The notes under the pieces are model-generated. The model made no database searches. It was not told the origin of the DNA and worked only from the letters and a program-made list of their open reading frames with translations. Below, piece by piece: positions 37,440 through 40,000 of a stretch of 40,000 bases of DNA. Source of the stretch: Spirirestis rafaelensis WJT71-NPBG6 (lineage in GTDB: Bacteria; Cyanobacteriota; Cyanobacteriia; Cyanobacteriales; Nostocaceae). The number at the start of each line of letters is the position of its first letter. Within the stretch, counting starts at the first letter, position 1. The stretch is taken from contig JAHHID010000001.1 of NCBI GenBank assembly GCA_019359015.1, positions 3,274-43,273 on the forward strand. Reading direction: 5' to 3'. A program made the translations under genes and the position numbers.

Positions 37440-37904
37440 ATGACTAACCAAAATAGCTTTAATTTGAGCGCAACTACAAGCCAATGGATGATAGCTAACA
37501 GCTACGATGCAAATAATTTAAATCAGGCTGGTCAAAATGGCGATACGGCTTTGATGAAAGCGACAAGAGAAGGCGTTTATGCAGTAGTTGAAGAACTAAT
37601 TAACGCCGGGGCTGATATTAATGCCACAAATAACGATAATAACAATGCTTTGTGGTTTGCTTGTTTTGGCAACCACTACGATTTAATTCGTTTATTGCTG
37701 GCTGCAAAGATTAATATCAACAACCAAAATGATAACGGTGCAACTGTTTTGATGTACGCAGCATCAGCTGGAAAGACAGAAGTTGTGAAGTTGCTTTTGC
37801 AATATCACCCCAATCTAGAGTTGAAAAACTTAGACGACTATAAAGCCGTAGATTTCGCTAGCAACGTAGACGTTTTAAGGATTCTGAAAAATGCAAGTAA
37901 ATAA
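37440..37904 (+). CDS. Ankyrin-repeat protein
   Basis: 154 aa with about 3-4 ANK repeats (GDTALMKATREG..AVVEELINAGADINATNNDNNNALWFAC..GNHYDLIRLLL.AKININNQNDNGATVLMYAASAGKTEVVKLLL). Confidence 0.85.
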   Translation: MTNQNSFNLSATTSQWMIANSYDANNLNQAGQNGDTALMKATREGVYAVVEELINAGADINATNNDNNNALWFACFGNHYDLIRLLLAAKININNQNDNGATVLMYAASAGKTEVVKLLLQYHPNLELKNLDDYKAVDFASNVDVLRILKNASK

Positions 37905-39219
37905 AATAACGGGAAAAGCATATCATGATGCTACCAAGCATTCTTACCTATCGGTGCAAATCGATCCAAATTATGTAGATTCGTCAACTCAACCGTCGGC
38001 TTTTAAATTTTATCCAAAGTTTTATCGCCGAATAAGTCTAGACTTTCTCAACAATTCTATCCACTCTTTTCTCTGGTTAACGAGTGCAATTACCCTAGAA
38101 AAGACGTATAAAAATACTGTCGATAAATTGCGAGTAAATCCATCAGCAGGTGCTTTATATCCTACTGAGGTTTACGTGCAGATTCGCGGAATACAGGGAA
38201 TGGTGGATGGAATCTATCATCTAGAAGTTGAGAATAATTGTCTGGTACTTATCTATGAATTAATTGATGATGGATTAGAGAGTTATATTTTACCGAATAA
38301 TCGTATCATCGGATTCATTTTTTTAATTAGTTGTGTTTATTATAGGTCTAGTTGGAAATATAAAGACAGGAGCATCAGGTATTGCTGGTTAGATAGCGGA
38401 CATCATTTGGGTGCGATCGCTGCTTCAGCTTTTCTTCACGATAGAGATATACAACTAGTTTTCGATTTTGATAAACTCGCTCTCAATGCAGATTTAGGAT
38501 TTGAGAACAAAGAGTTTATTACTGCTTGTGCGATTTCCGGAGAAGTCCAAGCGGAGGTTACGAGCGATCGGAACTTAGGAGAGGTTCAAAATAAGCCTGT
38601 GAGACGCTTAAGGCTGAAAGTCCCTTTTGTTTGTGGAACTGATTATTTTGAACAGAATCAATTCATTGAAGAAGCTTATAAAGAAACAGCTTTGCAAAAA
38701 AGTTGTCAGCAAGAAATCAAGCATCCTCAATTGAGCTTTGATAAGGATAGATTTTCTCAAGCTGTTTGGAACAGACGCTCAATTAGGCGTTTTCAAAAAC
38801 AGTTCATTTCCCAGGAACTTTATTCTAGTATTTTGCAGCAAATTAGGCAAGCGATACCGACAGAAAGTTTTGAGGAAATCGAAATTTACGCGGTTGTCCA
38901 TCGAGTCGAGGGAATCAAAGCAGGGTTATACAAAGGAAGGCATTTAGTCAAGGAGGGTAACTTCAGTGAGAAGACAGGTTACTTGTGCGTTAATCAAGCG
39001 ATCGCTTCATATAGTGCAGTAACTTGGTTTTTTGTTTCCAACTATACAAATTATCAAACTGCCATGCAAATGGCTGGTTTTTTAGGACAAAGACTGTATC
39101 TAGCAAGTAATTATTGGGGAATTCATTGTACCGGAATTGGTGCTTATTATGACGATGAAACTCAGGAATTTCTAGAGACAGATAAAGATGTCCTTTACGC
39201 AATGGCAATTGGCATATAA
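37891..39219 (+). CDS. SagB/ThcOx-like two-domain nitroreductase-superfamily dehydrogenase
   Basis: 442 aa: AYHDATKHS..., PSAGALYPTEVYV, SSWKYKDRSIRYCWLDSGHHLGAIAASA, and a second half with WNRRSIRRFQ. The start overlaps the ankyrin gene stop by 14 nt. Confidence 0.72.
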   Translation: MQVNKITGKAYHDATKHSYLSVQIDPNYVDSSTQPSAFKFYPKFYRRISLDFLNNSIHSFLWLTSAITLEKTYKNTVDKLRVNPSAGALYPTEVYVQIRGIQGMVDGIYHLEVENNCLVLIYELIDDGLESYILPNNRIIGFIFLISCVYYRSSWKYKDRSIRYCWLDSGHHLGAIAASAFLHDRDIQLVFDFDKLALNADLGFENKEFITACAISGEVQAEVTSDRNLGEVQNKPVRRLRLKVPFVCGTDYFEQNQFIEEAYKETALQKSCQQEIKHPQLSFDKDRFSQAVWNRRSIRRFQKQFISQELYSSILQQIRQAIPTESFEEIEIYAVVHRVEGIKAGLYKGRHLVKEGNFSEKTGYLCVNQAIASYSAVTWFFVSNYTNYQTAMQMAGFLGQRLYLASNYWGIHCTGIGAYYDDETQEFLETDKDVLYAMAIGI

Positions 39220-39244
39220 CTGGAAAAAATAAAGAGGCATAACT

Positions 39245-39613
39245 ATGACCAACTATTTCTGGCAGAATGAAGATTCACGTCCAATCCAACCAACATCGGC
39301 AGATATTATACTGCGCCAGCAATTAGAATATTCTATTAGCAAGTACTTTTATGAAGATTGCGATCGCTGTATTCAAAAATTATTATCTAGTTGTCGGTGG
39401 TATGTCACAACCCATGCTAATGCTTTGACTTTGGTAATAGAATGTCCAGATCAAGTTACTAATTGGCGTGTGTTACAAAAAATTGTACCAATGGCGACAT
39501 TGCTACATAAAATTGTCAGCAGTGCTAAAATTCGCGTTTGTCCCCCAGAAAGCGAGGGAATGCCTTTTGAAATGAGGGTAGATGAATTATCAGTTTACAA
39601 AGATTGGGCTTGA
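39245..39613 (+). CDS. Hypothetical protein (122 aa, Cys-containing, no family recognised)
   Basis: A clean ORF 26 nt downstream of the SagB-like gene on the same strand. I recognise no motif. Confidence 0.45.
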   Translation: MTNYFWQNEDSRPIQPTSADIILRQQLEYSISKYFYEDCDRCIQKLLSSCRWYVTTHANALTLVIECPDQVTNWRVLQKIVPMATLLHKIVSSAKIRVCPPESEGMPFEMRVDELSVYKDWA

Positions 39614-39663
39614 TGCTGAAGCAAAGAAGGGGAAATGAACAGACAAGGCAACAAGTAGAATAA

Positions 39664-39693
39664 TTTTTGACTCTTGACTCTTGACTTTTGACT
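39664..39693. repeat. TTGACTC heptamer STRR array
   Basis: tttttgactcttgactcttgacttttgact. Confidence 0.55.
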
Positions 39694-39700
39694 AATAAAT

Positions 39701-40000
39701 CTAAAATAGCTCAACTTTTTGCCTGATAATTGTGGTTATTTCTTCAAAAACCACATCAGCAGAATGTTTAACAACAGGACTTAATTCTAGTCCTAAGCCA
39801 AGATTTTCCGCTTCAATTAGGTAAACTGTCACCAATAAGGGAAAGTCATCTTTAAAGATTTTCCTACCAGCGGCTAAAGCATTATCCCAACGAAAATCAT
39901 GCAAGTTATAACTGGGTTCCGGTAAAGTTTCCAATTCTTTTCCAGGAACTTTAAACACTGCACCGGGTTCGGAATTCGTTGAACTTGCATCAATAATTAT
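39701..40000 (-). CDS. 3' part of a CDS entering from the right edge (unknown function)
   Basis: The frame stays open from position 40000 down to the stop at 39701 (...IIIDASSTNSEPGAVFKVPGKELETLPEP...EEITTIIRQKVELF*). The track 'M' at 39958 is a GTG inside this longer frame. Confidence 0.5.
   Translation of the reverse strand: MIIDASSTNSEPGAVFKVPGKELETLPEPSYNLHDFRWDNALAAGRKIFKDDFPLLVTVYLIEAENLGLGLELSPVVKHSADVVFEEITTIIRQKVELF

Overview
This is a cyanobacterial chromosome segment of Nostoc/Anabaena type. The signatures are abundant HIP1 GCGATCGC sites, heptamer STRR repeats, hesA-hesB-fdxH and glbN. It carries a complete Mo-nitrogenase (nif) island next to an accessory block. Layout: (1) 1-3.8 kb is housekeeping: an edge CDS fragment, proS and an HX4D acyltransferase. 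(2) 4.0-11.3 kb, all on the minus strand, holds two Uma2-family nuclease paralogs and then a tight five-gene cassette: LRR protein, ATP-grasp, alkaline-phosphatase-superfamily hydrolase, HemN-like radical SAM and a small radical SAM. From memory this matches the uncharacterised STM4011-STM4015 family set, and it is my best candidate for an undescribed system. (3) 11.6-12.2 kb is a decayed ABC transporter, with an ATPase N-terminal piece and a permease C-terminal piece. (4) 12.2-16.6 kb is a leftward nif-accessory operon: cysE/nifP, an Asr1405-family gene, DUF2949, nifV, nifZ, nifT and a 2Fe-2S ferredoxin-domain gene. (5) 16.6-19.4 kb is the divergent cysE/nifB control region. It contains two mirrored ~205-bp motif arrays that bracket an inserted quinone-oxidoreductase gene and a frameshifted toxin-antitoxin remnant. 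(6) 19.5-35.7 kb runs rightward: nifB-fdxN-nifS-nifU-glbN-nifH-nifD-nifK-(Mo-nitrogenase C-terminal domain gene)-nifE-nifN-nifX-DUF269-DUF683-nifW-hesA-hesB-fdxH. fdxN and nifD are both uninterrupted, so no excision elements are present. (7) 35.9-40 kb holds a feoA-like gene, ctaB, an ankyrin protein, a SagB-like double nitroreductase, a hypothetical gene and an edge CDS. Almost every intergenic spacer holds an STRR or MITE-like hairpin. No rRNA, tRNA, CRISPR array, transposase, cnfR/patB or xis gene was seen. All functional calls come from reading the translated ORFs against remembered family signatures; no searches were run.
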